From assembly GCA_965222115.1 (NCBI GenBank), contig CBDCTJ010000007.1:2624001-2688000 (forward strand): a DNA stretch of 64,000 nt, in the 5' to 3' direction. This stretch comes from Planctomycetota bacterium (GTDB taxonomy: Bacteria > Planctomycetota > PLA2 > JAEUHO01). Made by a program: the position numbers and the translations under genes. Within the stretch, counting starts at the first letter, position 1. Every line of letters starts with the position of its first letter. Shown in pieces: positions 19,634-30,537 of this stretch. The notes beneath the pieces were generated by a model. That model was not told where the DNA came from and ran no database searches. It saw only the letters and a program-made list of their open reading frames with translations.

Positions 19634-21442
19634 ATGAGTGAACCCATTCTGCATATCAAGGGTCTTCGGACCTATTTTCACACCGAAGACAAGGTCGTCC
19701 GTGCCGTCGATCTCAAGCCCGAGAACGAGATTCTCATTCGTCCGGGCCAGACGCTCGGCGTGGTGGGGGAAAGTGGCTCGGGAAAGTCGGTGACCGCCCT
19801 CTCCGTGATGCAGTTGCTGCCGCCCGAGACGGCGGTCATTGAAGGCGGCGACATCTCCTTCCTTGGCAAGGACATCGTTCGCTTACCGCGCGACGAAATG
19901 CGCCGGCATCGCGGCAAAGACATCGGCATGATCTTCCAGGAGCCCATGACGTCATTGAACCCGGTCTTCCGGGTAGGGGATCAAGTCATGGAGCCCATCA
20001 TGCTCCATGAAAAGGTTGGGCGCGAAGAGGCCCGCGAGCGCGTGCTGCAGCTCTTCCGCGAGGTGGACATTCCCGATCCTGAACGGCGTATTGATAGCTA
20101 TCCCCACGAAATGTCGGGTGGCCAGAAGCAGCGCGTCATGATCGCCATGGCACTTTCCTGCAATCCCAAACTGTTGATCGCCGACGAGCCCACCACCGCG
20201 CTCGATGTGACCATTCAAAAGCAGATCTTGGATCTCTTACGCCAGCTTCGCGACGAGCGCGGCATGGCGATTCTCTTCATTACGCACGACTTGGGTGTGA
20301 TTGCGGAAATCGCTGACGACGTGGCCGTCATGTTCCAGGGACATTTGGTCGAGTTTGGCGACGTGCTTGAGATCTTTGAGAATCCCAAGCATCCCTACAC
20401 GCGCAGCCTGCTTGCCTGTCGCCCCACGCTCGACACGAAGTATCGTCGGCTGCCCACAACGTCCACGTTCATGGATTGGCACATCAACGACGAACATCAA
20501 CTGGTCATCAACGAGAAACCCGTATCGGCCGAAGCGCTCAAGCGCCTTGAGACCACAGGTCGCGATCGATTGACCGATCCGGAGGGAGATCCACTTCTGG
20601 AAGTGGACGACCTCAAAGTCCACTTCCCCATTCGCAAAGGTGTTCTTGGGCGCGTAGCCGATTACGTCAAAGCCGTGGATGGCATCTCGTTCAATGTATG
20701 GCCGGGGCAAACGTTGGGCCTCGTCGGCGAGTCCGGCTGCGGAAAGACCACAGCAGGACGTGCGATTCTTCGTTTGATTGAAAACAAGGGCGGTGTGAAG
20801 GTCGAGGGCACGGTCAAATATGAGGGACGCAATCTCGACGACATTCCTCGCAGCGAGTTTCGCGCCCTGCGTCGCAAGATGCAGATCATCTTCCAGGACC
20901 CCTATTCCTCGCTCAACCCGCGCATGACCGTGGCCGACATGATCGCCGAGCCCATGGAAGTACATAAGCTCTACGCCACCAAACGCGAGCGCACCGATCG
21001 TGTGGTTCAGCTACTGGAAGAAGTGAGCCTCAAGGCCGAGCACATGAACCGTTACCCGCACGAGTTCTCAGGCGGTCAGCGACAACGCATCTCGATTGCC
21101 CGCGCGCTCGCGCTCGAACCATCCTTTATTGTGTGCGACGAATCGGTGTCGGCACTCGACGTTTCGGTACAGGCACAGGTACTGAACATCTTGAAGGACT
21201 TGCAGGAGAAGCTGGGCCTTACCTACATCTTCATTAGCCACGACCTATCCGTGGTGAAGTTCATGTCCGACATCATGGCCGTCATGAAGGCGGGCAAGAT
21301 CGTGGAAATGGGTGACGCCGAAGACATCTACGCCAACCCGCGTGAAGACTATACACGACGTCTGATCGACGCGATTCCTCGCGATGACCTCGACTTCTTA
21401 CGCAAGCGTCGTGAAATGCGGCGAGCTGCAGGCGTTACTTAG
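19634..21442 (+). CDS. Peptide ABC transporter ATP-binding protein with two fused NBDs
   Basis: Two Walker A motifs ([16 protein letters not shown]), two YPHE(M/F)SGGQ signatures, ADEPTTALD and CDESVSALD. Confidence 0.93.
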   Translation: MSEPILHIKGLRTYFHTEDKVVRAVDLKPENEILIRPGQTLGVVGESGSGKSVTALSVMQLLPPETAVIEGGDISFLGKDIVRLPRDEMRRHRGKDIGMIFQEPMTSLNPVFRVGDQVMEPIMLHEKVGREEARERVLQLFREVDIPDPERRIDSYPHEMSGGQKQRVMIAMALSCNPKLLIADEPTTALDVTIQKQILDLLRQLRDERGMAILFITHDLGVIAEIADDVAVMFQGHLVEFGDVLEIFENPKHPYTRSLLACRPTLDTKYRRLPTTSTFMDWHINDEHQLVINEKPVSAEALKRLETTGRDRLTDPEGDPLLEVDDLKVHFPIRKGVLGRVADYVKAVDGISFNVWPGQTLGLVGESGCGKTTAGRAILRLIENKGGVKVEGTVKYEGRNLDDIPRSEFRALRRKMQIIFQDPYSSLNPRMTVADMIAEPMEVHKLYATKRERTDRVVQLLEEVSLKAEHMNRYPHEFSGGQRQRISIARALALEPSFIVCDESVSALDVSVQAQVLNILKDLQEKLGLTYIFISHDLSVVKFMSDIMAVMKAGKIVEMGDAEDIYANPREDYTRRLIDAIPRDDLDFLRKRREMRRAAGVT

Positions 21443-21447
21443 GCCGG

Positions 21448-21708
21448 CTAGTCTTTTCCGCCCAAGAACTGAACGACGGCAAGCAAGACCACGGCACCGC
21501 CAGTTGCTGTAATGAGCGAGTTGAGCGTTTCATTGTCCGTGAGCGTGAGCCCGAGCTTGGGAACCAGAATGCCGCCAATCACGCCGCCAATCAATCCAAG
21601 GATCGCGTAGCGAATCAGGCCGCCCTTGCCACCCAAGAGCACGGAGGCCGCCCAGCCTGCGACGATTCCCATGAGAACCGGGACGACGTATGGGCCCAAA
21701 TCTTCCAT
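21448..21708 (-). CDS. GlsB/YeaQ/YmgE family membrane protein
   Basis: GIVAGWAAS...ILGLIGGVIGG...ATGGAVVLL pattern, 86 aa. Confidence 0.85.
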   Translation of the reverse strand: MEDLGPYVVPVLMGIVAGWAASVLLGGKGGLIRYAILGLIGGVIGGILVPKLGLTLTDNETLNSLITATGGAVVLLAVVQFLGGKD

Positions 21709-21850
21709 GGCACTATCTCCGATTGGCGCTGCGCGTCTCGCCCGCCGTGACAGCGGGCATCGTGATTCGAACTGCTGGCGGCGTCAATGGAATAGTCGTG
21801 CCTTTACCGCGAACTGGGCATTGTCTGCCATTGATCGGTACGCTGGTCCC

Positions 21851-22831
21851 ATGACCGAATCCAAGATGAGTGACATTTTAAGTGTCGATCTGCTCCGCTA
21901 CGAGACGGGCAACGCCGCCCAGCGACGGGATGTGGTCGACGCCGTTACGAAGAGCCTGGAGACCGGGTTTGTCTACTGCGCCCACGACATGCCCGCCGAG
22001 GTCATCGATCGTGCCTACGAGTTGCTTGCCACTTTCTTTCATCTCGATCGCGACGTGAAACTCGGCTTCATGGTGCCGGGCTCTATGGGGCAGACTGGCT
22101 ACACGGGCCTACTCGTTGAGACGGCCGCCATCTCGGACACGCCGGATTGGAAGGAAATGTTGAACTGGGGCATCGAGCTGCCTGATGGGCATCCACTGGT
22201 GCGCAAGTTTCCGCATCGTTACATGAAACGCGGCTTTCCCGACGATGTGGTTCCTGGCATTGGCGATGCCCTTTCGTCACTTTACGACACGCTGCTCGAT
22301 CTACAGCGTCGCGTATTGCGCATCGTCGCTGAAGGTCTGGGTGTTCATGCGCACTACTTTGACGGCTGCCTTAAGGATGGCCCCACGCTTTGCCGCGCAC
22401 TTCGTTATCCGCCCATGGACGAGGCACCGGAGGGCGATCATGTGTGGTCGGAAGAGCACGCCGACATCAATCTCATTACGGCATTGCCCCGTGCAACGAC
22501 GAAGGGATTGCAAGTAAAGATTGGGGAAACGTGGGTAGACGCCGTACCGCCCGACGGACACGCCATCATCAACACGGGCATGATGTTGGAGCGCGTGAGT
22601 AACGGTCGCATTCCGTCCGGCATCCACCGCGTCGTTGCCGATCCAAGCCTGCGCGGCGAGCGCTATTCCGTTGTGCAATTCTGTCATCCAACGCCGTGGA
22701 CCATTCTTTCGCCCGTTCCTAGTTGCATTGATGCCAATCACCTGCAACAGCACCCGCCCATCCAGGCCGGGGACTGGCTCGATCAAGTGCTCTATGACAT
22801 TAATCTGCTCGAAGGCGCGCGACGCGCATGA
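21851..22831 (+). CDS. 2-oxoglutarate/Fe(II)-dependent oxygenase (isopenicillin N synthase-like)
   Basis: LRYPP, HxD (EHADINLIT), distal His (GIHRV), RYS motif. Confidence 0.9.
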   Translation: MTESKMSDILSVDLLRYETGNAAQRRDVVDAVTKSLETGFVYCAHDMPAEVIDRAYELLATFFHLDRDVKLGFMVPGSMGQTGYTGLLVETAAISDTPDWKEMLNWGIELPDGHPLVRKFPHRYMKRGFPDDVVPGIGDALSSLYDTLLDLQRRVLRIVAEGLGVHAHYFDGCLKDGPTLCRALRYPPMDEAPEGDHVWSEEHADINLITALPRATTKGLQVKIGETWVDAVPPDGHAIINTGMMLERVSNGRIPSGIHRVVADPSLRGERYSVVQFCHPTPWTILSPVPSCIDANHLQQHPPIQAGDWLDQVLYDINLLEGARRA

Positions 22832-23826
22832 CGAAGGAGTATCGACAACTCACGTATCGCGGCCAAGTGCAACGCTTACGGGAACTAGGACAATCTGCAC
22901 TTTCGCGATTCGGCCTACCGCCGTCTGCACCGCTCAAACTCTGCAGTCACGGCGAGAACACCGTGTTTCAGACCCGTGACCGAAGGGGCAAACGATATGC
23001 CCTGCGCATTCACCGCGCCGACTATCAAACACCGAAAATGATCTCTTCAGAAATGCAATGGCTCGCCGCCCTAAGGCGCGACACGGATATCGTGGTGCCC
23101 AAACCGAGGAAGGGTCGTGACGGGCACTTCGTTCAGCGTGTAGATCACAATGGCGTTCCCGGAACTCGAAGTGTAGTACTTTTGGCGTGGGTACACGGTC
23201 GATTCCGAAGGCTCAGCAGGAATGCGAACTACTACCGCATGCTCGGCGAACTGGCCGGTCGCCTGCATTCGCATGCGCGCGTATGGAAGCGACCGCGCAC
23301 CTTCTCTCGCCGGTCGTGGACCACGGCTGTCTTGTTTGGCGAAGCGCCCGGCTTTGGCGACCCCATGCTCGCGCCACGCCTAAGCAATCGAGATCGAGAT
23401 CTCTTTCTCGTCGCCAAGAAACGAATGCGAGCAGATCTACGTCGATTGGGCAAGAACAGGGCTGTATGGGGCTTGATTCATGCCGACCTACACAGCGGCA
23501 ACGTCGTCATCGCGGACGATCGCGCACGACCTATTGACTTCGATGACTGCGGCGCAGGGTGGTATGGCTATGAGATCGCTGTAGCCCTCAGATCCGTTTT
23601 GGATGCCGGGTTCTGGGATCGCGTCGACTGGTTTCGTGAAGGGTATGAGCCACAAGCCGCGCTCGATGAGCGAACGATTGAAGCGTTGCCGTGCTTTTGT
23701 GCGCTGCGCATGCTGAGCATGGTGGGGTGGTTGACTGATCGCTCGGACAACCCGCGCTTGGCGACGCGACTGCCGAGTTGGATTGCGCTTACTCGTAAAC
23801 AGATTCGGATTTATCTGAATAGGTGA
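22828..23826 (+). CDS. Phosphotransferase (APH / type II homoserine kinase / SrkA-like)
   Basis: GENTVF, YALRIHR, LIHADLHSGNV, IDFDDCG. Overlaps the upstream stop (ATGA). Confidence 0.88.
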   Translation: MTKEYRQLTYRGQVQRLRELGQSALSRFGLPPSAPLKLCSHGENTVFQTRDRRGKRYALRIHRADYQTPKMISSEMQWLAALRRDTDIVVPKPRKGRDGHFVQRVDHNGVPGTRSVVLLAWVHGRFRRLSRNANYYRMLGELAGRLHSHARVWKRPRTFSRRSWTTAVLFGEAPGFGDPMLAPRLSNRDRDLFLVAKKRMRADLRRLGKNRAVWGLIHADLHSGNVVIADDRARPIDFDDCGAGWYGYEIAVALRSVLDAGFWDRVDWFREGYEPQAALDERTIEALPCFCALRMLSMVGWLTDRSDNPRLATRLPSWIALTRKQIRIYLNR

Positions 23827-23857
23827 GTTGGGCGTCTAGGCTCGTTGGACGTGGGTC

Positions 23858-24065
23858 TATCTCACGCAGAGCCTCAGAGGTGCGAAGGCGCAGTGGGAAG
23901 TCCGCCCGATTCATCAATTGCCTAATATTGAGGCGGACCATTCCGTGCGCGCAGTTTTAGAATTCCAAGTATGAGCTTTTTCTTCAAGAACCGTTTCGCT
24001 ACCAGCGTCCCTCACTCGCAAGGCCGCGCCCCATAACGCGCCGCTCTCTGCGCCTCTGCGCGAAA
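23858..24065. repeat. Inverted pair of REP-like CGCAGAG motifs
   Basis: TCTCACGCAGAGCCTCAGAG (23860-23879) is near-complementary to CTCTGCGCCTCTGCGCGAAA (24046-24065). Confidence 0.5.
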
Positions 24066-24126
24066 TGAGGCGCGTGCGCCGACTAAGCAGGTGATCACAC
24101 TCCACGAAGATCGTGAATTCGATGCC

Positions 24127-24228
24127 GTGGCCGTGGACGTCGAGAGCAAATGGCTTTGCCATTTGCACGAGACCCTGAGTAAGCGCCAGCGGATCTTTGA
24201 TCCGCGCAGTGCGCATCGAAGGGTGGAC
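24127..24228 (+). repeat. Solo block Y with GTGGAC ends
   Basis: GTGGCCGTGGACGTCGAGAGCAAATGGCTTTGCCATTTGC...GCGGATCTTTGATCCGC...CATCGAAGGGTGGAC. Confidence 0.9.
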
Positions 24229-24308
24229 GTTTAGGAACCGCTGACACCGTCGATTGAAAGAACCGTCGCGAAGGGAATGCGAGATTGGCGGATGGCGCTC
24301 GTCCGGAA

Positions 24309-24346
24309 CCCTCACCCCCAACCCCTCTCCCAGAGCGAGAGGAGAG
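24309..24346. repeat. REP-like palindrome (CCCTCACCCC..CCCTCTCCC..GAGAGG type)
   Basis: CCCTCACCCCCAACCCCTCTCCCAGAGCGAGAGGAGAG resembles a widespread intergenic palindrome type. Single copy in this window. Confidence 0.45.
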
Positions 24347-24444
24347 TTGGGACTTGCGGTGGGTGTGACCTGGATTTGCGCAGCAACCTGAGCAGTTACG
24401 GCCAAGGCTCTAACGAGACCTGTTTGGCGCGGTATGCTGGCCCC

Positions 24445-26499
24445 GTGAAGCGGGTACTCATACTTGTCGGAATCGCAGCTCTTGTTGCCGCGCTCTACGT
24501 TGGATGTCCGAGCGCAGGTAACGATGTCGAATCGAACGACGTTGTTTCCGCCAATGAGCCCCTGCAGCAACCGGAGAGCGACGCTCCGCTGTTGGTGGGG
24601 CATGGTGCCGAAGTCGATTCGGTAGACAAGAAGCCTCAAGACAAAGTCGGCCAGTCGACAATGCGGCACACGCTCCGTTTGCGTTTGGTGGGCGTTGAAG
24701 AAGGTGAGTCGGCACCGTTCTCAATTGCGCTCATCCACCCCCATGCGGGGAAGAACGAGGTCTTTCGCGTTATGGGCATGCAATTAAAGCCCTCGCTCGA
24801 GACGACGTCACGTCTTGTAGAGCCCGAGATTGACATTGCGGCAGTTGTGAGCGAGGGACCCGGGCGCATTCGCGTGGTCGTTAAGCATCCGAGGTACAGC
24901 ATCGGTGAGGCTGAGTTTGACCTAGCCGACCTGCGTTCATCAAAGCGCGTTGAGTCAATCGACCTTGATGTCCACCTTGCGAAGAGCTATTCAATCAACG
25001 TTCTGGTCCGCTCACCCGTGAATGACGAATCACAGCATGGTGGCGTCGTCGTCCATCGTGTCAATGAGCAAGGCGCAATCATTCAGAAGTTGGACGACTA
25101 CCGTAGCCCCGTAGGTGTCGATCGGAAGGTCGGCAGAATCTCAAAGGAAAAGACGTTTACGCTCCGCGTACCAAGCCCCGGTCGCTACGCGGTGTCCGCT
25201 GTCGTGGGTGCGTTTCCAATTCAAACGCGAGTGATCGACGTTGTTGATCGCGAAATTACGCTCGACCCCTTCGTTATTGCGCAAGGTCTGACGATACGAG
25301 GTCGTGTGATGGTCAAGGGGAAGCGCGCGGCATCCGCGGGTATATCTGCCACGTGCAAGGACTTCACGACGGCGGAATGGCCCCCGTCGTTCACTTTCGC
25401 GCATTCGCAATGGACGATTAGGGAGGGAAGGCCCGTACGCGCTTCTCACAGTACCGATACGAATGAGCATGGAGAATACGAGCTAATAGGACTTTCTGAC
25501 ACAGCGTATCTGGTGCGACTTTCGCTTGTTCAAGAGTGGGCCATCGACGAACGAATTCTCAATGAGCAGTGCATTGAAACCCCCCCGCGCGACGGCGTAG
25601 ATTTCTCGATTGAAGGCGCAACCGTCACTTTGAAGCTTCAACACGATGGAGAACCACCAAACAATGTACGCGTTGTATTTGTGCGGGCGCCGATTGACGA
25701 TTCCGAGTCCGGGCATCCGCAGTTCAGTAGGTATGCAGATGATGCGGGGACGGGAATCTTCCTTGTGTGCCCCGGCGTGGATTACACAGTAGTCGTTGTT
25801 GGCGATACGAGCGATGAGTTGATGCGGTTCAAGTTGGCACCTGTGGGAGTCGGCGAACATTTCGAGCGCGAAGTAGCGTTACCCAGCATTGAAGCCCGTG
25901 GCACCATTGTCGTTCGACCCACTACGGCGGATGGGGGCGCGCTCTCCTACGTCAGCGTTAGCGTCAATCCCGTGCGAAAAGACGGTCAACGATTCGGCGG
26001 AGTAGGGATTAGCACGAATCTTGAGAACGGCGCCGTAGCGATTGATGATCTAAAACCGACGGTATGGGACGTAAGCGTGTCAACCAAGCAGGGTGTCGAC
26101 TCGGGTGACGATAAGTTTTATCTAGCGGCTAGCAAACGCGTGAGACTCCCGCCTGGAAAGACTGTAGAGGTACCATTGACAATGGCGGTGGGCGGGCGGC
26201 TCGCGATGTCGGTAGTCAATGCCAAAGGAGCGCTCCTGCCGGCCAGCGTTGGTCTCATGCAGGAAGAGAGAAAGGGTCCGCCGCTCGTGTTTGTGAATCC
26301 TTCATCTGTGAATCGAATCTCTCGCGAGGAGCCACGTCACGGCCTTGCGCCCATCACGTCGGGCTTCCAATCCGAATCACTTCCGGTTGGCGAGTATTCG
26401 CTCGTCGTAGTTCACAAGGGATACAAGGAGAGGCGCGTTCCGATCGTCATCTCGCCGAAGAAGATCACACGAGTACGTGTTGTGCTCGAGGCGGAGTAA
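24445..26499 (+). CDS. Hypothetical secreted/membrane-anchored protein with carboxypeptidase-regulatory-like beta-sandwich domains
   Basis: GTG start at VKRVLILVGIAALVAAL signal/TM helix. TDTNEHGEYELIGL and GEYSLVVVHKGY motifs. Confidence 0.65.
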   Translation: MKRVLILVGIAALVAALYVGCPSAGNDVESNDVVSANEPLQQPESDAPLLVGHGAEVDSVDKKPQDKVGQSTMRHTLRLRLVGVEEGESAPFSIALIHPHAGKNEVFRVMGMQLKPSLETTSRLVEPEIDIAAVVSEGPGRIRVVVKHPRYSIGEAEFDLADLRSSKRVESIDLDVHLAKSYSINVLVRSPVNDESQHGGVVVHRVNEQGAIIQKLDDYRSPVGVDRKVGRISKEKTFTLRVPSPGRYAVSAVVGAFPIQTRVIDVVDREITLDPFVIAQGLTIRGRVMVKGKRAASAGISATCKDFTTAEWPPSFTFAHSQWTIREGRPVRASHSTDTNEHGEYELIGLSDTAYLVRLSLVQEWAIDERILNEQCIETPPRDGVDFSIEGATVTLKLQHDGEPPNNVRVVFVRAPIDDSESGHPQFSRYADDAGTGIFLVCPGVDYTVVVVGDTSDELMRFKLAPVGVGEHFEREVALPSIEARGTIVVRPTTADGGALSYVSVSVNPVRKDGQRFGGVGISTNLENGAVAIDDLKPTVWDVSVSTKQGVDSGDDKFYLAASKRVRLPPGKTVEVPLTMAVGGRLAMSVVNAKGALLPASVGLMQEERKGPPLVFVNPSSVNRISREEPRHGLAPITSGFQSESLPVGEYSLVVVHKGYKERRVPIVISPKKITRVRVVLEAE

Positions 26500-27654
26500 C
26501 TACGGCGCCATCGCTCGCAGTTTTTTAACGATGCCGGGCACATCTGCAAGCGCCTGATCAACATCGTCAACCGTTGAATAACGTCCCAACGCAAATCGGA
26601 TCGTGGACGTGATGGCCGCACGCAGCAGGCCCATGCTGCCGAGAACATAACTTGGGCGCATGTCGCTACTCGTACAAGCGGATCCGGTGGCCAAGGCGAT
26701 GTTGCGCGCGGCAACAAGGACGGCTTCGCCCTCCACGTCTCCGAAACTGATGTTTGAGACGCTGGGGATGCGTTCTGAGGTCGGGCCGATGGCGACGGCG
26801 CGCTCTACACGTTCGATCATTTTCTGTTCGAGTTTGTCTCGTAGTCCGGCGACTCGCTTGGCGTCATCGTCTCTATGCGCGTCACACAGTGTTGCCGCAA
26901 CGCCGAACCCAACGGCGCCCGGCACGTTGGGTGTGCCGCCGCGAAGTCCGCGCTCGTTGGACCCGCCGTGAATCAATGGCGCCAGGCGCACGCGGGGTCG
27001 CCTACGTCGAATGTAGAGCGCTCCAATACCCTTAGGGCCGTGCATGCGGTGGGCGCAGAGCGTAATCAGATGTGCAGGCAGCGTCTTCGTGTCGATCGCC
27101 GTCCACAAGGGACCGACCCGCGCATCGACGTGAAGCCATGCTCCCCTTTCGTCACAGGCCTTCGCGATCTCATGGATGGGCTGTAGCGTGCCCACCTCTT
27201 GATTGGCGAGTTGAATCGAAACGAGGATCGTGTCATCGCGAAGCCGGCCTGCGACGCCAACGGCATCCACGCGGCCATCTGCATCACAGGGAACGACATC
27301 TACCTCATAGCCCTGCGACTTTAGCCACAGGCAGCAGTCGAGCACCGGTCGGCTCTCGACTTCTGAGGTGATGATGTGTTTGCCATGCGAAACGCGAGCG
27401 AGGGCGGCGCCCTTGATGGCGAGGTTGTCCGATTCGGTGGCGCCGCTGGTGAAGATCACTTCGGCGGGGTGGGCGCCAATGAGTTCGGCGACTTGTTCGC
27501 GCGCGGTGTCCATGGCGCGTTCGGCGGCCCAGCCGTAGGCGTGTGCGCGGCTGCCAGGATGACCGAATCGCTCGCCGAGGAACGGCAGCATGGCCTCGAC
27601 GACTTCGGGCGCGGGTTGGGTCGTTGTGTGATTGTCCAGGTAGTGCACGTCCAC
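26500..27654 (-). CDS. IscS/NifS-like class V PLP-fold protein with degenerate PLP site
   Basis: YLD, EVIFTSGATESDNLAIKG, GPKGIGAL, RGGTPNVPG and GSACTS are present, but HK is replaced by HR (CAHRMHGPKG). Confidence 0.85.
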   Translation of the reverse strand: MDVHYLDNHTTTQPAPEVVEAMLPFLGERFGHPGSRAHAYGWAAERAMDTAREQVAELIGAHPAEVIFTSGATESDNLAIKGAALARVSHGKHIITSEVESRPVLDCCLWLKSQGYEVDVVPCDADGRVDAVGVAGRLRDDTILVSIQLANQEVGTLQPIHEIAKACDERGAWLHVDARVGPLWTAIDTKTLPAHLITLCAHRMHGPKGIGALYIRRRRPRVRLAPLIHGGSNERGLRGGTPNVPGAVGFGVAATLCDAHRDDDAKRVAGLRDKLEQKMIERVERAVAIGPTSERIPSVSNISFGDVEGEAVLVAARNIALATGSACTSSDMRPSYVLGSMGLLRAAITSTIRFALGRYSTVDDVDQALADVPGIVKKLRAMAP

Positions 27655-27774
27655 GAATATGCACGGGCGAATCCATTCTCGCGCGAGATTCGCGAGCCCC
27701 GACGGCCGTCTGTTGGCTACGATGGAGGTCGTGTGCCGCTCACGGATGCACGGTTCAGATCTAAGGAACGTCCC

Positions 27775-28104
27775 ATGTCGATCACTCTCACCGAAACGGC
27801 CGCCAACAAGGTTCGCGATTTGATGGCGCAACCCGACCAGTCCGAGGCCACGGGCCTGCGCGTAAAGGTTGTCGGGGGCGGATGCTCAGGACTCAGCTAC
27901 GAGATCGCGCTTGAACGTGAGCCCAGCGAGAACGACCAAGTCATTGAGTCCGAAGGCATCAAGATCTACCTCGACCCCAAGTCGGCGCTCTTCATCTCCG
28001 GCACGCAGATTGATTACCACCAATCGCTCATGGGTCAGGGCTTTGCGTTCAAGAACCCCAACGCTACCGGCACGTGTGGTTGCGGCACGTCGTTCACCGC
28101 GTAA
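27775..28104 (+). CDS. Iron-sulfur cluster assembly accessory protein (IscA/HesB/ErpA family)
   Basis: GLRVKVVGGGCSGLSY, NPNATGTCGCGTSF. Confidence 0.95.
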   Translation: MSITLTETAANKVRDLMAQPDQSEATGLRVKVVGGGCSGLSYEIALEREPSENDQVIESEGIKIYLDPKSALFISGTQIDYHQSLMGQGFAFKNPNATGTCGCGTSFTA

Positions 28105-28128
28105 CGAAGCGAATCCAAGGACACACTC

Positions 28129-28710
28129 ATGACTTCCGTTCCCCTGCGCCACTTTGTGGAAGAGGCGTTTGGGCGCTACGGTCCGCAATTCGGTGGACAC
28201 TTTCCCGCAGGATTTGATTGGTTGGCGCTATGCGCGTCGGCACCACACCTCGCAGAACGCATCGACGTGGACGCGGTGGATTCAAGCGACGAAACGCAGG
28301 CGGCACCTGTACGCAAACGCGCATTTCTCTATTTTCAATTTGGATACATTGTGGCGTTGTCGGCGCTTGCCCTGCGCGCGCCCTATCCGTGGGCGCCTGA
28401 AGACGCACTTGAGTTGTTGATGGGCCCACTGTCGGGCGAACAAGAGTCGGCCTTTGTGGCGCTATGCGAATCGGTACTCGGTCCCGTCGAACACGCCTTG
28501 GCGACCGACGACGACGGATCCGCCGAACTCGTTGAGGGTCTCGTTGATCTGGCCGAAGTCGCTTGGTCGGCCACGCTGGATCTCATGGCCGAGACCATCC
28601 CAGATGCCAGCGACGCGCCTGCCGTGCGTGCCGTGTGTGTGGGCCTCGCTCGCACATCGTCGGTCTTGGCCGCGTTTCGTTGGGTTGTGGGTGCGCCTAC
28701 AGCCAAGTAA
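28129..28710 (+). CDS. Hypothetical protein
   Basis: 193-aa ORF, co-directional between the IscA-family and TPR genes, with AAGGA RBS. Confidence 0.6.
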   Translation: MTSVPLRHFVEEAFGRYGPQFGGHFPAGFDWLALCASAPHLAERIDVDAVDSSDETQAAPVRKRAFLYFQFGYIVALSALALRAPYPWAPEDALELLMGPLSGEQESAFVALCESVLGPVEHALATDDDGSAELVEGLVDLAEVAWSATLDLMAETIPDASDAPAVRAVCVGLARTSSVLAAFRWVVGAPTAK

Positions 28711-28733
28711 GCATTGGTGTATTCTTTGACGCT

Positions 28734-29408
28734 ATGAGTACGCCATCCGAACTAGCTGAGGCACTCGACACGATTCGTGAGCTTCGACGTGCGAAGAAGG
28801 CCGACGAAGCGCGCAAACACATCGAGACGCTATGCGCGGCGATCCCAAAGGACGCAGATCCATTGGAGCGCGCAAAGGCCCTCTTGGTTCGTGCGGACAT
28901 GCGCTCACACGCCGATGAACACGATGCGGCGATTGAGGCCTACCTCGCCGTGATTGCCGAATTGGACAACGTGGGCGAAGGTACTCAGGCGGCGATATCC
29001 GTAAACAATCTCGCGTATCACTACGCCATGCTCGACCGCCGCGACGAGGCGATCGACGCGCTCCGCGAATCGGTGGAGCGCCGTCGCGTCCTTGCCAAGC
29101 AGCCCTACCTCTTGCGCGCCTACTTTAATCTCGGCTATTGGTATCTCGAGTGGGATCGGCTGGCCGAAGCCGAGAGTGCATTTCGCGTTGCGATTCAAAT
29201 GGGACGGGTGTGGCAGGAGCCAGGTGAGCTGGGGAAGTCACTGCTTTACCTCGCGCGATGCGTGGCACGTGCCGACCAAGCTGACCGTGCAATACTGGCC
29301 TACACGGAAGCGATTCCGAATCTTCGTGCTGCCGACCAAGACGCCCTTGTGACCGAGGCTACGAATGAACTGGCGTCGCTGTCGTCTGTGCCTGGTGGTG
29401 CGCGCTAA
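28734..29408 (+). CDS. Tetratricopeptide repeat protein
   Basis: NNLAYHY...EAIDALRES, YFNLGYWY...EAESAFR, LLYLARC...AILAYTEA. Confidence 0.75.
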   Translation: MSTPSELAEALDTIRELRRAKKADEARKHIETLCAAIPKDADPLERAKALLVRADMRSHADEHDAAIEAYLAVIAELDNVGEGTQAAISVNNLAYHYAMLDRRDEAIDALRESVERRRVLAKQPYLLRAYFNLGYWYLEWDRLAEAESAFRVAIQMGRVWQEPGELGKSLLYLARCVARADQADRAILAYTEAIPNLRAADQDALVTEATNELASLSSVPGGAR

Positions 29409-29515
29409 CCAACGATTTTGGGCGCGACTTCGCCCGTTGCATTTGCTCGTCGCGGAGTACTATCACGCGCGCGATCCCTACGCATCCCGAGTCCGCGAGA
29501 GGAGTACGAACCGCC

Positions 29516-30496
29516 ATGACGAAGGTCGAGAAGAAGGACATTGAACGCGTCGTCATTATCGGATCCGGCCCTGCGGGCTGGACCGCCGCAATCTACGCCG
29601 CGCGCGCCAATCTCGAACCGCTCGTCTACGAAGGTTCACCGTCGCAAGAGATGATTCCCGGCGGGCAGTTGATGTTCACGACCGACGTCGAGAACTACCC
29701 CGGCTATCCTGAAGGCGTGCAGGGCCAAGACATGATGGCCGACTTCAAAAAGCAAGCCGTGCGATTCGATACGCGCGTGATCACCGAAGACATCGTGAAG
29801 TGTGAGTTCGACAAGACGCCGTTCGTGTTGCACGACGAATCGGGAAATACCATCAAAGCCCATTCCGTAATCATCGCCACCGGCGCGAAGGCCAAATGGC
29901 TGTGGCTCGACAATGAGCAGCGCCTTGCGACGAGCGGTGGCGGTGTATCCGCTTGCGCGGTTTGCGACGGGGCGTTGCCGGTGTTTCGCGACGAGCACTT
30001 GATGGTTGTGGGTGGGGGTGATACGGCCATTGAAGAAGCGTCCTACCTCACCAAATACGCAGGCAAAGTGACCATCATTCACCGCCGCGACGAACTTCGC
30101 GCCAGCAAGATCATGCAGCAGCGCGCGTTTGATAATCCGAAGATTGAGTTTGCGTGGAACAAGCAAGTCGTTGATGTGCACGGCGACGAATTCATCACGG
30201 GTGTCAAAATGAAGGACACCAAGACGGGCGACGAAAGCGACGTGGATTGCAAGGGACTCTTCATTGCAATCGGTCATCAGCCCAATACGAAGTTTCTCGA
30301 AGGTCAGATCACGACTGACGAGTCCGACTACATCATTCATGCCGAACCCGGCACCACGCGAACCAATATTGAAGGCGTTTTCGCCGTTGGGGACGTTGCC
30401 GACAAGATGTATCGCCAAGCCGTAACCGCCGCAGGCTCGGGCTGTATGGGTGCTTTGGATGCCGAGCGTTGGTTGGCGGCGAAAGGGATTCACTAG
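29516..30496 (+). CDS. trxB: Thioredoxin-disulfide reductase
   Basis: IIGSGPAG, GGQL..TTDVENYPG, SACAVCDG, GGGDTAIEEA, YRQAVTAAGSGCMGALDAE. Confidence 0.96.
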   Translation: MTKVEKKDIERVVIIGSGPAGWTAAIYAARANLEPLVYEGSPSQEMIPGGQLMFTTDVENYPGYPEGVQGQDMMADFKKQAVRFDTRVITEDIVKCEFDKTPFVLHDESGNTIKAHSVIIATGAKAKWLWLDNEQRLATSGGGVSACAVCDGALPVFRDEHLMVVGGGDTAIEEASYLTKYAGKVTIIHRRDELRASKIMQQRAFDNPKIEFAWNKQVVDVHGDEFITGVKMKDTKTGDESDVDCKGLFIAIGHQPNTKFLEGQITTDESDYIIHAEPGTTRTNIEGVFAVGDVADKMYRQAVTAAGSGCMGALDAERWLAAKGIH

Positions 30497-30537
30497 CCAG
30501 AATCCTACGGAGTGGAGATGGGTGTCCGTTTCCGGTA

